A stretch of 64,000 nucleotides of DNA from Octopus sinensis. Its lineage: Eukaryota. Below the pieces are notes generated by a model. It worked only from the letters and a program-made list of their open reading frames with translations. It ran no database searches and was not told the origin of the DNA. Every line of letters starts with the position of its first letter. Position 1 is the stretch's first letter. Made by a program: the position numbers and the translations under genes. The stretch covers positions 48,422,001 through 48,486,000 of the forward strand of contig NC_043004.1 in NCBI RefSeq assembly GCF_006345805.1. The letters run 5' to 3'. Below are positions 63,806-64,000 of this stretch, one piece after another.

Positions 63806-64000
63806 TTTTCTTTTTTTTTTTTCTGTAGTTTCAGCTCAGAGCTGTGGCCAAGTTGATGAACCGCTGTTTTGCTACACTGTTATTACTGAGAGCCTCAAAT
63901 ATTTGGCACATAGCGATGAATGGAGTTTGATGTAGCTACCCTCATTTGCACCTGTTGCAGTGAGGTAGGTTCATCTGGGACTCTCGACAGGAAGATGTCC
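63806..64000 (-). mobile_element. CR1-type LINE 3' end, running off the window
   Basis: DIFLSRVPDEPTSLQQVQMRVATSNSIHRYVPNI-stop (63999-63895), then a short 3' UTR and poly(A). Confidence 0.75.

Overview
AT-rich, repeat-dense animal genomic DNA. The SINE and MITE repertoire resembles what I recall from Octopus (coleoid cephalopod); this is inference, not verified. There is no long intact ORF, and most track ORFs are microsatellite or repeat artefacts. The window holds many tRNA-derived and RTE-tailed SINEs, two piggyBac-type (TTAA) MITE families, three decayed mariners, a hAT MITE and two long foldback elements. It also holds Helentron-type pieces (AP-endonuclease relic plus small non-autonomous elements) and LINE relics (Tx1-like, RTE, RTE-X-like, CR1/Jockey-like). 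By eye I assembled a candidate minus-strand gene 3' portion from seven very small exons (59544 to 20002) that join into one open frame of 86 aa; the product is unidentified. The standout is a non-coding element of ~330-365 nt present in two diverged copies (~6545-6905 and 25136-25526). Each copy carries a minimal type I hammerhead ribozyme, several hairpins with compensatory base changes and a short terminal redundancy, which makes it retrozyme-like or Penelope pLTR-like. Coordinates were counted by hand; boundaries of decayed repeats are approximate.
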